Shown: positions 50,001 through 59,431 of the stretch, one piece after another | How the letters are laid out: the number at the start of each line of letters is the position of its first letter | Position numbering within the stretch: the first letter of the stretch is position 1 | Notes under the pieces: generated by a model | What the model was told of the DNA's origin: nothing | Seen by the model: only the letters and a program-made list of their open reading frames with translations | Databases searched by the model: none | Made by a program: the position numbers and the translations under genes | Assembly: GCA_949296705.1 (NCBI GenBank) | Contig: CASFOW010000042.1 | Span: 25,096-89,095, forward strand | DNA: 64,000 nucleotides | Direction: 5' to 3' | DNA from: an uncultured bacterium | GTDB taxonomy: Bacteria; Bacillota_I; Bacilli_A; RF39; UBA660

Positions 50001-51664
50001 TAATTCGTATCTAATGTTCTAGAAAGTTCAAGCGTATCTATGATGGGATTAGTTAATTTTTTTAGTCCGTATTTTTTTATGGCCATTTCTAAGAAAGAAG
50101 TATCAAACTTTGCATTGTGCGCAACCATAGGTAAATCCCCATACCATTCAATAAAACGACGAACGGCATTTTCTTCATTATCTTTACCGATTAACATCTG
50201 ATCAGTAATGTTGGTCACCTCGGTAATTTTGGCACTTAATGGTTTCCCAGGATTAACAAGTTCATCAAATCGTTCGATAATCTCACCATTTTTTATCTTT
50301 ACTGCACCAATTTCGATAATCGTATCTTCGCCACCGGCATTAAATCCTGTTGTTTCAAAGTCGAAAACAACATAGGTAGTTGCAAGTAGATCTCTATCAT
50401 CGCCACGAATAACAATATCGACACTATCATCAATTAAAGTAAGTTCCGTTCCATAGATTGCTTTAAATTTATCTTGTTCTTCTTTTCCTTTATTATAATC
50501 GGTTACGGTATTGTAGACATGAGGAAAAGCTTGACAACCATTATGGTCTGTAATCGCAATTCCACGATGACCCCACTTCATTGCCTGTTTCACTAATTTA
50601 ACCTCATCAACTACACCATCCATCTGACTCATCATCGTATGGGCGTGTAATTCTACTCTTTTTTCTTCATAAGTATCTTTTATTTCTTCGACTTGGCGTT
50701 CTAGAATACATATATCCCGTACATTCAATACTAATTCCTTAGAAAATTGATCATTTTTGGTATATCCTCTAATAACAAACCATTTTCCCGCTTTTAATTC
50801 TTTAGAAAGACGGGCATATTCTTCATCACCACGAACAAAAACTTTAGCATAAATACTATCGCTATAATCAGTTAGTTTTAAAGTGATGATTTTAAAATCG
50901 GTTTTACTTGACTCAAAGTAATCAACACCAAAAACATATCCTTCTACGGTAATATTATCACTTTCACCAACAATACTTTTCATCGATATTGGTTTATCGC
51001 CAATTTTACGCCCCAATATTACATTAGGATCATCCTCTTTTTTAGCAGGGCGACGATAAGGTTGTTTCTCACCATTATTACTATAGTTTTTCTTCTCAAC
51101 AGTAGGTTTTTCTACTTCCACGACTGGCGGAATCGTAGTCATTGCTTCATGCAATTCATCTTTTATTTTTTGACGAACTAGTTCCTTTTTCTCTTCATTA
51201 AGTAAAGTAGTTAATGGTGAAGTAAATCCCGCTAAGTTTAATAGATAATTTAATTTAGGTAAAAAAGTATGTACTTCTTTTTCTTCTTCAGCGTTCGTCA
51301 CTTCGATTTTATATTCGCCATTTTGTTCAATTAAGTTTTCCTCAAAAGCAGGCGCAAATATCAAAATATCTTTTACTTCAACTAATGTCTGTTTATAATA
51401 ATTAGGTAAATAGTCAAAAGATGGATGATGGGGATTAATCTTAAAGACAACTTGTTTAATATGTTCAAAAGCTTTTTTTCCTTTTTCTTTTAGTAATTGA
51501 TAATCTTCTGGTGGTAAGATTCCTTCACTACCTAATAGAAATGTCCAACAGCTATTTTTAGGATTTACTAGTACTTTTTCTAATGACAATCCTTGAAAAT
51601 GACTTTTTTCTTCATCGGTTAGTTTTAGTTGTTCAAATAAAATAGTTATTTTATCTTCTGTCAT
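47027..51664 (-). CDS. polC: DNA polymerase III PolC-type
   Basis: OB/PHP/exonuclease (VVFDFETTG..H..AHNAKFD) and polymerase core organisation over about 1545 aa. Start at MTEDK (ATG 51664) because of RBS GGGGGAAG. The track ORF starts 10 codons earlier. Confidence 0.95.
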   Translation of the reverse strand: MTEDKITILFEQLKLTDEEKSHFQGLSLEKVLVNPKNSCWTFLLGSEGILPPEDYQLLKEKGKKAFEHIKQVVFKINPHHPSFDYLPNYYKQTLVEVKDILIFAPAFEENLIEQNGEYKIEVTNAEEEKEVHTFLPKLNYLLNLAGFTSPLTTLLNEEKKELVRQKIKDELHEAMTTIPPVVEVEKPTVEKKNYSNNGEKQPYRRPAKKEDDPNVILGRKIGDKPISMKSIVGESDNITVEGYVFGVDYFESSKTDFKIITLKLTDYSDSIYAKVFVRGDEEYARLSKELKAGKWFVIRGYTKNDQFSKELVLNVRDICILERQVEEIKDTYEEKRVELHAHTMMSQMDGVVDEVKLVKQAMKWGHRGIAITDHNGCQAFPHVYNTVTDYNKGKEEQDKFKAIYGTELTLIDDSVDIVIRGDDRDLLATTYVVFDFETTGFNAGGEDTIIEIGAVKIKNGEIIERFDELVNPGKPLSAKITEVTNITDQMLIGKDNEENAVRRFIEWYGDLPMVAHNAKFDTSFLEMAIKKYGLKKLTNPIIDTLELSRTLDTNYARHSLSALVKRYDVPWDEDAHHRADYDAEGTALVFHKMLKKLSDRNFETIADLNNLVSKEEIHKYGRSYHVNLLAKNKTGLKNLFKIISLANTKYLYKTPRILRSEIENHREGLLVGSGCYESEVFKEARSKSDEELTNIINFYDYVEVQPPECYDHLIQMHDFDNEEQLLENIKKVIRVTKDSGKLIVATGDVHHLKREDKIYREIIVNQKVPGGGRHPLAKSDITDIPSNHFRTTDEMMEDFSFLDDVTRQEIVITNPNKILDMVEEIEVIIDTGGIPFSPAIDRSVETVTELVYTKASSWYGDPLPFNIEERIAKELYGDLLIDVIKKEVAKKDLSKEEAVKELYRNLHEVILAGFDQVKDLVWKDLKENDPDLTDADREKTLKKKLGGVIGGGFDVIYLIAQKLVKHSNDDGYLVGSRGSVGSSFVATMMGITEVNPLPAHYLCRNEECKYSEFINENGEAYGKEYSSGYDLPDKICPKCGKPLGKEGQDMPFATFLGFNADKVPDIDLNFSGEYQWKAHEYTKVLFGVDNVYRAGTIGTVAEKTAFGYVKGYLEEHGITNMRTAEIERLALGCTGVKRTTGQHPGGIVVIPGYMDVFDFTPFQYPADDPTSLWRTTHFDYHAIDQDVLKLDILGHDDPTVLRMLQDLSGIDVTTLPVSDEKVLSLLCSPEALGVTEEQIMCPTGTLGLPEMGTKFVINMLVETKPKTFSELVKISGLSHGTDVWAGNASELIENNVVPFKEVIGCRDDIMVNLMNWGMEPKRAFKIMEFVRKGKASKDPETWKGMAEDMKKANVPDWYIESCRKIKYMFPKAHACAYVMSALRIAWFKVYQPNRYYAAYFSVRESDFDIECMMKGYNSIRKRIEDLTEKGFEATNKETNILECLKNALEASARGIKFASIDIYKSDAERFKIDEDDEMTLIPPFRCIDGLGGAVASGIVKEREEKAFLSIEDLQKRAKVSATLIDKMKMMGILDDLPESSQMTLF

Positions 51665-51706
51665 ACTTCTTCCCCCTATTAAAATAGATTTCACGAAGAA
51701 TGAAAT

Positions 51707-52540
51707 CTATATTATTTCTAAATTATTAATTCGGATAATATGTTTTTGATTTTTTATACAAAAACGGATAAACTCATATAAATCCACTTTTTTTAATGCC
51801 GTTTCCATTGTGTAATTATCGATATCAAATGCAATTTTATCCCGCATCATATAATGAGTCATATCTTCCCGATCACATCCTAAATACATTAGCCAATAAG
51901 GATAGATCTGACGCTTTAAATACATCAAGGTATGATCCCCTTCTAAATAATTGGAATTATTTACTAGTCTTGTATAAAGTTCATTATGAATTGCTAATTC
52001 TAAGATAGCTTGAACAATTTCTTTGTATTCCTTTTCAAAATCTCCTACTTCATTTTTAATTAATGTATAGAGAATATTGGAAAGAGCCATATACTGATCT
52101 TCTGTATCTTTTTTAAAGCCCCAACCAATACTGGTTTTTGTCGTTTTAGAGATTAGAACACTATCCATTTCCGGACAAAGAACTAATATATTATAATTAT
52201 CTGCTAGTGGAAAACGTAAGATCTCTTTTAAATATTGATTAACTTCTTTTTTCTTTTCATCCCATACTTTCATCAAAGTCAGACGATGTTTTTCGGCACT
52301 TTTCTTTAGTATTTCAAATACATCTGTTTCAAATATTAAATTATATAAAGTATCATCATCAGGAATGTAATTTTTGATATCTTGAAGCATCTCATCTTTA
52401 TCTTTCATACCAGCATTGTATTGTTTTTTATAGGCAGACCATAATTTTTGTTTAGTAGCATGAATTTTAGGTGAAATAGAAGCTCCGTATAATAAATTCC
52501 AGGTTAGCAGATAGTCGTTTGTTTCAAATGTTAATTTCAT
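51707..52540 (-). CDS. Hypothetical protein
   Basis: 277 aa with no recognised motif. Sits between polC and dnaE. Confidence 0.5.
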   Translation of the reverse strand: MKLTFETNDYLLTWNLLYGASISPKIHATKQKLWSAYKKQYNAGMKDKDEMLQDIKNYIPDDDTLYNLIFETDVFEILKKSAEKHRLTLMKVWDEKKKEVNQYLKEILRFPLADNYNILVLCPEMDSVLISKTTKTSIGWGFKKDTEDQYMALSNILYTLIKNEVGDFEKEYKEIVQAILELAIHNELYTRLVNNSNYLEGDHTLMYLKRQIYPYWLMYLGCDREDMTHYMMRDKIAFDIDNYTMETALKKVDLYEFIRFCIKNQKHIIRINNLEII

Positions 52541-52613
52541 ATACCCACATCCTCATCATATATATAAATATATCATACTATCCCTATTTTGGAAAGTTTT
52601 CTTCTTTAGATTT

Positions 52614-53390
52614 TCAACACATTTTTCCTATTTTTTTAACTTTAGATATCATATGATCTATTTTTTGTCTAGTAGTATTTATATAATTAATTTCTTCTTC
52701 AGTGAAATGATAATTTTCAATCATTTGAACTTTTTCTTCTTGGGAATAATATCTCCAATCAATGATACATTGACGAAGTAAATCTGATCTATCCTTATCC
52801 ATTTCTTGCTCATTATTTTTGACGTTATAAAAACTTAAAGAGAGACAATAAACTTCTTCAATGTCTTCTGGTGAAAAATGATATTCTCTCATTTTTTTTA
52901 GTTTTTTCTTTCCATCAGTTTCTAATCCTACTTCGTATATTTGAAACAATCTGATTCTATGAAATATCCTAAGAGACAAGTCTGTTAAATACTTTTCCTC
53001 TTCATTAGTTAGTTTATGTTCTTTTATCCCAATCAAGAAGTCACTAATTACTTTAACTGTTTCGGTATTTTGACTTTCTAACAGTAAATTTACTAAATAT
53101 TTGGTTGTCATCGTTAACCATTTTTTATCTTGTTTCTCAACATTTTCATCATTAATCATTTGAAGAGTAATCACTTCTTCTAATGGAAGAATTTCTTGTT
53201 TCATTAAGGTGATAATTTGTTTTACAGGAAAGTTTAAATATTTTAAAATTTCTATCACATATGGAGTATACTTTTCCATAATCCAAGCTGGGATTTCTTT
53301 TCCTTTAGTATTTTCTTTTATACTTCTTGTTAGTATTTGTTCAAAGGATTCATCTGGAAAAAGTTGTTTAAATTTGACTACATTGGTCAA
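52614..53390 (-). CDS. Hypothetical protein
   Basis: 258 aa with no recognised motif. Confidence 0.5.
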   Translation of the reverse strand: MTNVVKFKQLFPDESFEQILTRSIKENTKGKEIPAWIMEKYTPYVIEILKYLNFPVKQIITLMKQEILPLEEVITLQMINDENVEKQDKKWLTMTTKYLVNLLLESQNTETVKVISDFLIGIKEHKLTNEEEKYLTDLSLRIFHRIRLFQIYEVGLETDGKKKLKKMREYHFSPEDIEEVYCLSLSFYNVKNNEQEMDKDRSDLLRQCIIDWRYYSQEEKVQMIENYHFTEEEINYINTTRQKIDHMISKVKKIGKMC

Positions 53391-53589
53391 GATCTCTTCA
53401 TTATAACCACTATTCTTACAAAATATTTTTATAGTTTTGTTTTCTAGATTTTTATTAACTATTTTTTTACTTAGTTTTTCTTCTAATATTAAACAAAAAG
53501 TTTCGTAATCGATAAAGAACTGTTCTAAGATATTATCTAGTTCATACTTTTCGTTTTCTAAAAGTTGGTATTCTTTACAAAGGCTTGAT

Positions 53590-54101
53590 GGCGAGGTGGC
53601 TCAGCTTTCTTTTTATGGCTCCAAACATCATCCCAGATCATTCCTTCCGCACTCCACCATTTGATTTGTTCGGAAGATAATGGTTTCCTACCTTCACATG
53701 ATTTTCCTTGTTTTTGCATCTTATATATTCTTCTCATTACACTAAGATAATAACCAATATTTACGGTGCCAAATTCTTTAATATAGACTGATGCGTTGGT
53801 TGTTATTTGGGAGAGATCTTTTTTATTTTCCTTTTCCCAGATTAACGCCGCCTGACGATATTTTTTCTCTTTTCGTTCGCTTTTATCTTCAAGCGCACCA
53901 GTTGATTACCAAAACTCCAGGTTATCTAAATAACGTTCCGGGTAATACTTCATATGATTAATTCTAGTTCCTAATCTAATTTGTTTTCCATTTACTTCTA
54001 CGACTGCGCTTTGTGGAATATCCGCCCCCCGTTTTTCCAGGATGTTGTTGAAGCCACTTTCTATACGCTTCTCGGTACTCTTCTTCGGTTGGGTGTGCCA
54101 T
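53590..54101 (-). pseudogene. Frameshifted remnant of a helicase-associated (HA) domain repeat protein
   Basis: Minus strand has RBS AAAGGAG then MAHPTEEEYREAYRKWLQQHPGKTGG, followed by a frameshift at a G6CGG run, then GADIPQSAVVEVNGKQIRLGTRINHMKYYPERYLDNLEFW. A second unit reads ...YYLSVMRRIYKMQKQGK...SSEQIKWWSAEGMIWDD (HA-domain pattern W..L..L.G..W). Multiple stops interrupt it. Confidence 0.35.
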
Positions 54102-54112
54102 TTTTTACTCCT

Positions 54113-57076
54113 TTACTCATGTTTATTTTGTTGATTTAACCATTCTATACTATCGACGATGATTTGGAATTTGTCATATCTTCTCTCTACTCGACCAAAT
54201 ATTTTTACAATCATATTACTTTGTAACGATAAATTTAAATAACGTTGATATACTTTAGGAAAAAGGGTAAAGTCCATAGCTTGATACTCATCACTTCCCC
54301 AAATAAACATCATCTCATCGCCATTTTTAGTTTTTATTGTCCGTACTTTATCAATCAAGATAATGACATTAACTCTTTGATTATAATAGTTTTGAATTTG
54401 ATCCAAGGAAATAATATTGGAATATTTAGCTTTATAAAAGGTAACTGGGTGATTACTTAAATAGAAACCAAATAATTCTTTTTCTTTACTAATTAAATAT
54501 TCTTTACTGTATTCTTCTACGATTTCTATTTCTGGCTTTAGTACATATTCACTATCTAAGTCTTTTACTAATTCAGCATAATTCATAATACTATCAAGGT
54601 TGTGATGAAGAGTATTATGATTGTAACCAAAAGTGTCAAAACATCCGGCATCAATCAGCGACTCTACGATTTTACTATATATTTTTCCGGCGGTTTTTTG
54701 GACAAAATCGAAAAGATCCGTATAAGGCTGATTTTGAATAATTACATCTACTGATACTAGACCAACATTTTTTATTCCTGATAAGGGATATCTAATTCCA
54801 TCAGATTCAACGACATATTCTTTACCACTATTGTTGATACAAGGCTTTTTGATTGCGATCTTTTTGGCTTTAATTTCGTTGATATATTCTTTGGTCTTTG
54901 TCTCACTACCAATTACAGAAGTTAAAAGACTGCTATAAAAATATTTAGGGAAGTATACTTTAAGATAAGCCATCTTATAAGCAATTAAAGAATAGGCAAC
55001 AGAGTGCGAACGATTGAATCCATAATTAGCAAAGTTTAAAATCAAATCAAATATTTGTTTAGCAATTTCTTTATCATGACCACGCATAACACTTTGTCTA
55101 ATAAATTTTTCTTCTTCGTTTTTTAAGACATCGCTTTTCTTTTTACTCATTGCTTTTCTTAAAATGTCCGCCTCACCTAAAGTATATCCCGCTAATTGAT
55201 TCGCAATTTGCATAATCTGTTCTTGATAGATGATAATTCCTTTGGTACTTTTTAAAATTGCTTCTAGGGATGGATCTAGATAAGTAATTTCTTCTTGACC
55301 TTTTTTTCTACGGATGTAAGAATCGATATTACTAGCAGGACCCGGTCTAAATAAAGCAATCGCTGCGAAAATATCTTCAAAACTATTGGGTTCTAAATTT
55401 CGTAAAAAATTTCTCATCCCCTCTGATTCAAACTGGAAAATTCCTGTTGTGTCTGCTTTTTGAAATAGTGTTAGTACTTTTTTGTCATCTAGAGGAATGC
55501 GGTTAAAATCAATATGGATATGTTCTTTTTCAGCAATTAATTCCATGATGTGCATAATCGTTGTTAATGTTCTAAGTCCTAGAAAATCCATTTTTAATAA
55601 TCCTAATGGCTCTAAATATTCCATAGAAAATCCCGTTAAATACATATCATCACTTTTGGTTAACGGAATAACTTCATCTAAGTCTTTTTTACACATAACA
55701 ATTCCAGCCGCGTGAGATGAGGTATGTCTTGGGAAGCCTTCTATATGACAAGCAACTTTAAACATAAGTTGAAGTTTTTTCTCACTATCAATTAACTGTC
55801 TTAACTCTTGGTCTTGACGATAAAAGTCTAGTAACTTTAACTTGGTAAAATTAGGAATTCTTTTAGTAATCAAATCAATCTGAAAGCTTGGAACATTTAA
55901 GACTCTTGCGACGTCTCGTAAGGCTTGTTTTGCGGCCAAGGTACCAAAAGTAACGATGCCACTTACTCTTTTTTTTCCGTACTTATCTACAACATAATCA
56001 ATAACTTTATCACGGTAAATATCTGGAAAATCAGTATCGATATCAGGCATGCTTATTCGTTCTGGGTTCAAAAAGCGTTCAAAGAGAAGATCATATTTTA
56101 TAGGGTCAATATCTGTTATTCCAATTGAATAACAAACAAGAGAACCTGCTCCACTCCCTCTACCTGGTCCAACTAGAATTTTATTTTTCTTCGCGTATTT
56201 AATAAAGTCGTACACAACTAAAAAATAATTAGAAAATCCCATTTTTTCAATTACGGATAATTCATAACTTAAACGTTTACTGTATACTTCGCTTACTTCA
56301 CCACTTAGTCTTCGGTTAAGTCCTATTTTGGCTAAATTAGCTAAGTACTCATCTGAAGTCATTTCTTTTCCCGTTTCAAAAATAGGAAGTAATAATTCTG
56401 CTTGCGGAAATTCCAAATCACAAGAACTAGCTATTTTCTCCGTTTGAAATAAGCCTTGATTCGTCGAATATTCATAAACTTCTTCAAGACGTAATTCATG
56501 ATTTAATAAATCATAATCTAAAGTTTCGGCAATTGTCTTACCATCTCTAATCATGTATAAATATTTTAAATATTCATTTTCTTCTGGATCTAAATATAAA
56601 GTTTTATTGAGGTAGATGACTTGAGAAGTTATTTTTCTAGCCTCTATTTCTTGTTGTTTATCTTTATATCCTAAGAAGCAGTCTTCCTCTTTGATTATTT
56701 TTTTGATTTTATCCAAAGAATTATGACTATCAAAAGGAACAATAGCAATTACTTCCTCGTGAAGATTTTCTATATCACCAAAAGATACTTTACGTTCACT
56801 TTGAATTGTAGATAATTTAATTAATGTTTGATAACCTCGATAATTTTTCGCATATAATAAAATAATATCATTTTCTACTTCTAATTCTAAACCGATAATA
56901 GCATGAATCCCCGCCGCCTTACACTTTTGATAAAATTCCATTGTTCCAAACATATTATTATCGGTGATAGCTAGAGAGGAAAAATGATTTTCTTTGGCTC
57001 TTTCGATTAACGTATCAATTTTAATCATACTAGATAACAAAGAATAATTTGTTTTTATATATAATGGTACGTACAT
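54113..57076 (-). CDS. dnaE: DNA polymerase III alpha subunit, DnaE-type
   Basis: N-terminal PHP (YVPLYIKTNYSLLSS), GPGRGSGAGSLV and the polymerase core. 987 aa. Confidence 0.95.
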   Translation of the reverse strand: MYVPLYIKTNYSLLSSMIKIDTLIERAKENHFSSLAITDNNMFGTMEFYQKCKAAGIHAIIGLELEVENDIILLYAKNYRGYQTLIKLSTIQSERKVSFGDIENLHEEVIAIVPFDSHNSLDKIKKIIKEEDCFLGYKDKQQEIEARKITSQVIYLNKTLYLDPEENEYLKYLYMIRDGKTIAETLDYDLLNHELRLEEVYEYSTNQGLFQTEKIASSCDLEFPQAELLLPIFETGKEMTSDEYLANLAKIGLNRRLSGEVSEVYSKRLSYELSVIEKMGFSNYFLVVYDFIKYAKKNKILVGPGRGSGAGSLVCYSIGITDIDPIKYDLLFERFLNPERISMPDIDTDFPDIYRDKVIDYVVDKYGKKRVSGIVTFGTLAAKQALRDVARVLNVPSFQIDLITKRIPNFTKLKLLDFYRQDQELRQLIDSEKKLQLMFKVACHIEGFPRHTSSHAAGIVMCKKDLDEVIPLTKSDDMYLTGFSMEYLEPLGLLKMDFLGLRTLTTIMHIMELIAEKEHIHIDFNRIPLDDKKVLTLFQKADTTGIFQFESEGMRNFLRNLEPNSFEDIFAAIALFRPGPASNIDSYIRRKKGQEEITYLDPSLEAILKSTKGIIIYQEQIMQIANQLAGYTLGEADILRKAMSKKKSDVLKNEEEKFIRQSVMRGHDKEIAKQIFDLILNFANYGFNRSHSVAYSLIAYKMAYLKVYFPKYFYSSLLTSVIGSETKTKEYINEIKAKKIAIKKPCINNSGKEYVVESDGIRYPLSGIKNVGLVSVDVIIQNQPYTDLFDFVQKTAGKIYSKIVESLIDAGCFDTFGYNHNTLHHNLDSIMNYAELVKDLDSEYVLKPEIEIVEEYSKEYLISKEKELFGFYLSNHPVTFYKAKYSNIISLDQIQNYYNQRVNVIILIDKVRTIKTKNGDEMMFIWGSDEYQAMDFTLFPKVYQRYLNLSLQSNMIVKIFGRVERRYDKFQIIVDSIEWLNQQNKHE

Positions 57077-57644
57077 AGTTCCCCTCCAGTCTATTCATAT
57101 TTTACCACAAAAGTATTGATTCTACTTCTTTTTCTAAGCATAAATTTTTATTTTTTTTGTTATATATTACAGGTGACTTTTCCTATAAAATTTCAAAACT
57201 AAGTAGAGCCTAATAATCTTATCTTAAATTTTAATCCTAGAAAAATAATTATTATTTCTTATCTTGAATAAATCTAAATAAAAGTGAATCTATATTTCAA
57301 AAATTCAGATTAAAAGCCCGCTAATATTATTGTTACAATAAATTTTGGCCACCTCTTGGTTCATCCTCTTTAACTTTGCGTTTTTCTTATTATATCGTTT
57401 TTTTATGAAAATGCAATAAAATGGCAGTAACTGTCATTTAAATAACTAATGATGTACTAGAGAATAATAGTTAAAAATAATAAGAACTTATTTTTTTGAC
57501 TATTACTTTCAGATATCACAAAGATATATTTTTTCCCCTATCTCATTGTCAATAGTTTTTTACTTGTTTTATTTGACTTATTGTTCAATCTATGATAAAG
57601 TTATAAGCGCAAGTTAAAACATGTATCAAAGGAGGAAAAAGACT

Positions 57645-57836
57645 ATGGCAGTTAAAGTTACGAATAAGAAGCCTTTATTTGGAAATAAACGTTCTCATGC
57701 ATTAAATGCTACTAGAAAAAAACAAGGAGTCAATCTTCAAACTGTTACTTTAGAAGATGGTACTAAAGTAAGACTTAGTGCAAGAGAAATTAGAACTTCT
57801 AGAAAAGATGAAAAAATCGAAGAAGTAAGTGAATAA
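57645..57836 (+). CDS. rpmB: 50S ribosomal protein L28
   Basis: MAVKVTNKKPLFGNKRSHALNATRKKQGVNLQ is the L28 signature (GNxRSHAxNAT). RBS AGGAGGAAAAAG. Confidence 0.85.
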   Translation: MAVKVTNKKPLFGNKRSHALNATRKKQGVNLQTVTLEDGTKVRLSAREIRTSRKDEKIEEVSE

Positions 57837-57873
57837 TCACTTATTTTTGGTTATTTACAAAAAGAATGAAAAT

Positions 57874-58584
57874 CTAAATTTCAGTTTGTCTCTGAACTAG
57901 ATTTTCATTTTTTTCATTTACTTCTATATTATCATTATTCTCTTTTTTTTCTTTTCCCCGCAAGATATCAATTTGTTCTTGATAGTCATCACTACTAGTG
58001 ATATAGGAACCACTTACCATAATATCGACAAAAGGAGAAACTTCCTTAGCCGTTTCTTGGTTAATTCCACCATCTATACTTAAAAGAGTCCTTGTTTGGT
58101 GTTCAGTAATCATTTTTCTAATAATCGCCACTCTATTTTTCACCTCAGGAATGAACTCTTGACCTCCATAACCAGGATTTACTCCCATTACCAGAATAAG
58201 ATCAATTTGGTTTATCCATTTTTCTAATAAATGTAAATTGGTATCAGGATTAATAGATAGACCACATTTTAATCCATATTTTTTAATCAAATTTAAATTC
58301 TTTTCGATATCTTTATCGATTTCAATTGGAAAAGTAATCATTTCAGTATTTAATTTTACAAATTGTTTAATATATTTTTTGGGTTTATTCACCATTAAGT
58401 GAACATCTAGACGTTTTGTTGTGTAACGATATATTTTTTTTAGTTTTCGAATGGGAATTTTTCTTCCTTGACAGAAAGTATTATCAACAAAGTCGACATG
58501 AATATAGTCGACATCGGTAAGCGATAGTTTCTCTATTGCTTTTTCTATCTTTCTGCAAGTTAGAAAAGAAGCAGATACTTTCAT
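57874..58584 (-). CDS. rpe: Ribulose-phosphate 3-epimerase
   Basis: HVDFVDN...DVHLMV...GLSINP...LVMGVNPGYGGQEFI. Confidence 0.85.
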   Translation of the reverse strand: MKVSASFLTCRKIEKAIEKLSLTDVDYIHVDFVDNTFCQGRKIPIRKLKKIYRYTTKRLDVHLMVNKPKKYIKQFVKLNTEMITFPIEIDKDIEKNLNLIKKYGLKCGLSINPDTNLHLLEKWINQIDLILVMGVNPGYGGQEFIPEVKNRVAIIRKMITEHQTRTLLSIDGGINQETAKEVSPFVDIMVSGSYITSSDDYQEQIDILRGKEKKENNDNIEVNEKNENLVQRQTEI

Positions 58585-58585
58585 T

Positions 58586-59419
58586 TTACCACCTACTTTT
58601 CTTCATTAATTTCTGATAATTTTCATAACGGCTCGCTAAAATTTTTCCATTTTTAACATTAGCCTTAACCTGACATTCTTTTTCTGATAAATGCATACAG
58701 TCTTTATATGGACAGGGGTATTTTTGAAATTCAATAAAAGTATCCCTTAAATCTTCATCTGGTACTTCTTGAAAATCTAACTGCGAAAAGCCTGGTGTAT
58801 CTAATACTTTACCCTTACATAAATGGAGAAGTTCTACATGTCTAGTCGTATGTTTTCCTCTTCCTAATGCTTTAGAGATTTCTCCAGTTTCTAAATGAAA
58901 GTGAGGGTCTAATTTATTAATCAAAGTAGATTTTCCAGCTCCAGTTTGACCTGTCAAGACTGTGGTTTTATTTTTGAATATTTTTTTTACTTGACCTAAT
59001 TTGTGATTATAGATCACTTTATAACCGATTTTTTGATAGTATTTTAAAATCTTTTTGATTTCTTTTTTTTCTTTTCCTGTTAGTAGATCCCACTTGGTTA
59101 CACAAATAATTGGTGTAATTTGATGATACTCCATCACAGTTAACAATTTATCTAATAAATTTGTAGAAAAATCGGGACTTTTTACACTAGTTACTAAAAG
59201 TCCCTGATCGATATTAGCAACGAGTGGACGTTCCAGATAGTTCTTACGTGGTAAGATATCTAACAAGTATTTGTTTTCTTCTTCAAATTCGACAAAGTCC
59301 CCGACGACGGGGCTAATTTTTTGATTACGGAATTTGCCTCTAGGTGTGCATTCAAACACTTGACCTTCACACTCGACTGAACATAAATTACTTACAATTT
59401 TAACAATTTGACCTTTCAT
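58586..59419 (-). CDS. rsgA: Ribosome small-subunit-dependent GTPase A
   Basis: OB N-domain, TGQTGAGKSTLINKL, C-terminal Cys cluster CPYKDCMHLSEKEC. Confidence 0.85.
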   Translation of the reverse strand: MKGQIVKIVSNLCSVECEGQVFECTPRGKFRNQKISPVVGDFVEFEEENKYLLDILPRKNYLERPLVANIDQGLLVTSVKSPDFSTNLLDKLLTVMEYHQITPIICVTKWDLLTGKEKKEIKKILKYYQKIGYKVIYNHKLGQVKKIFKNKTTVLTGQTGAGKSTLINKLDPHFHLETGEISKALGRGKHTTRHVELLHLCKGKVLDTPGFSQLDFQEVPDEDLRDTFIEFQKYPCPYKDCMHLSEKECQVKANVKNGKILASRYENYQKLMKKSRW

Positions 59420-59431
59420 TTATCCCCCTGT

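Noticed and set aside
53590-54101. Possible IS element or transposase remnant downstream of dnaE
   Set aside because: The translation matches helicase-associated (HA) domain repeats, not a transposase. No inverted repeats or DDE motif were seen. Annotated as an HA-domain pseudogene instead.
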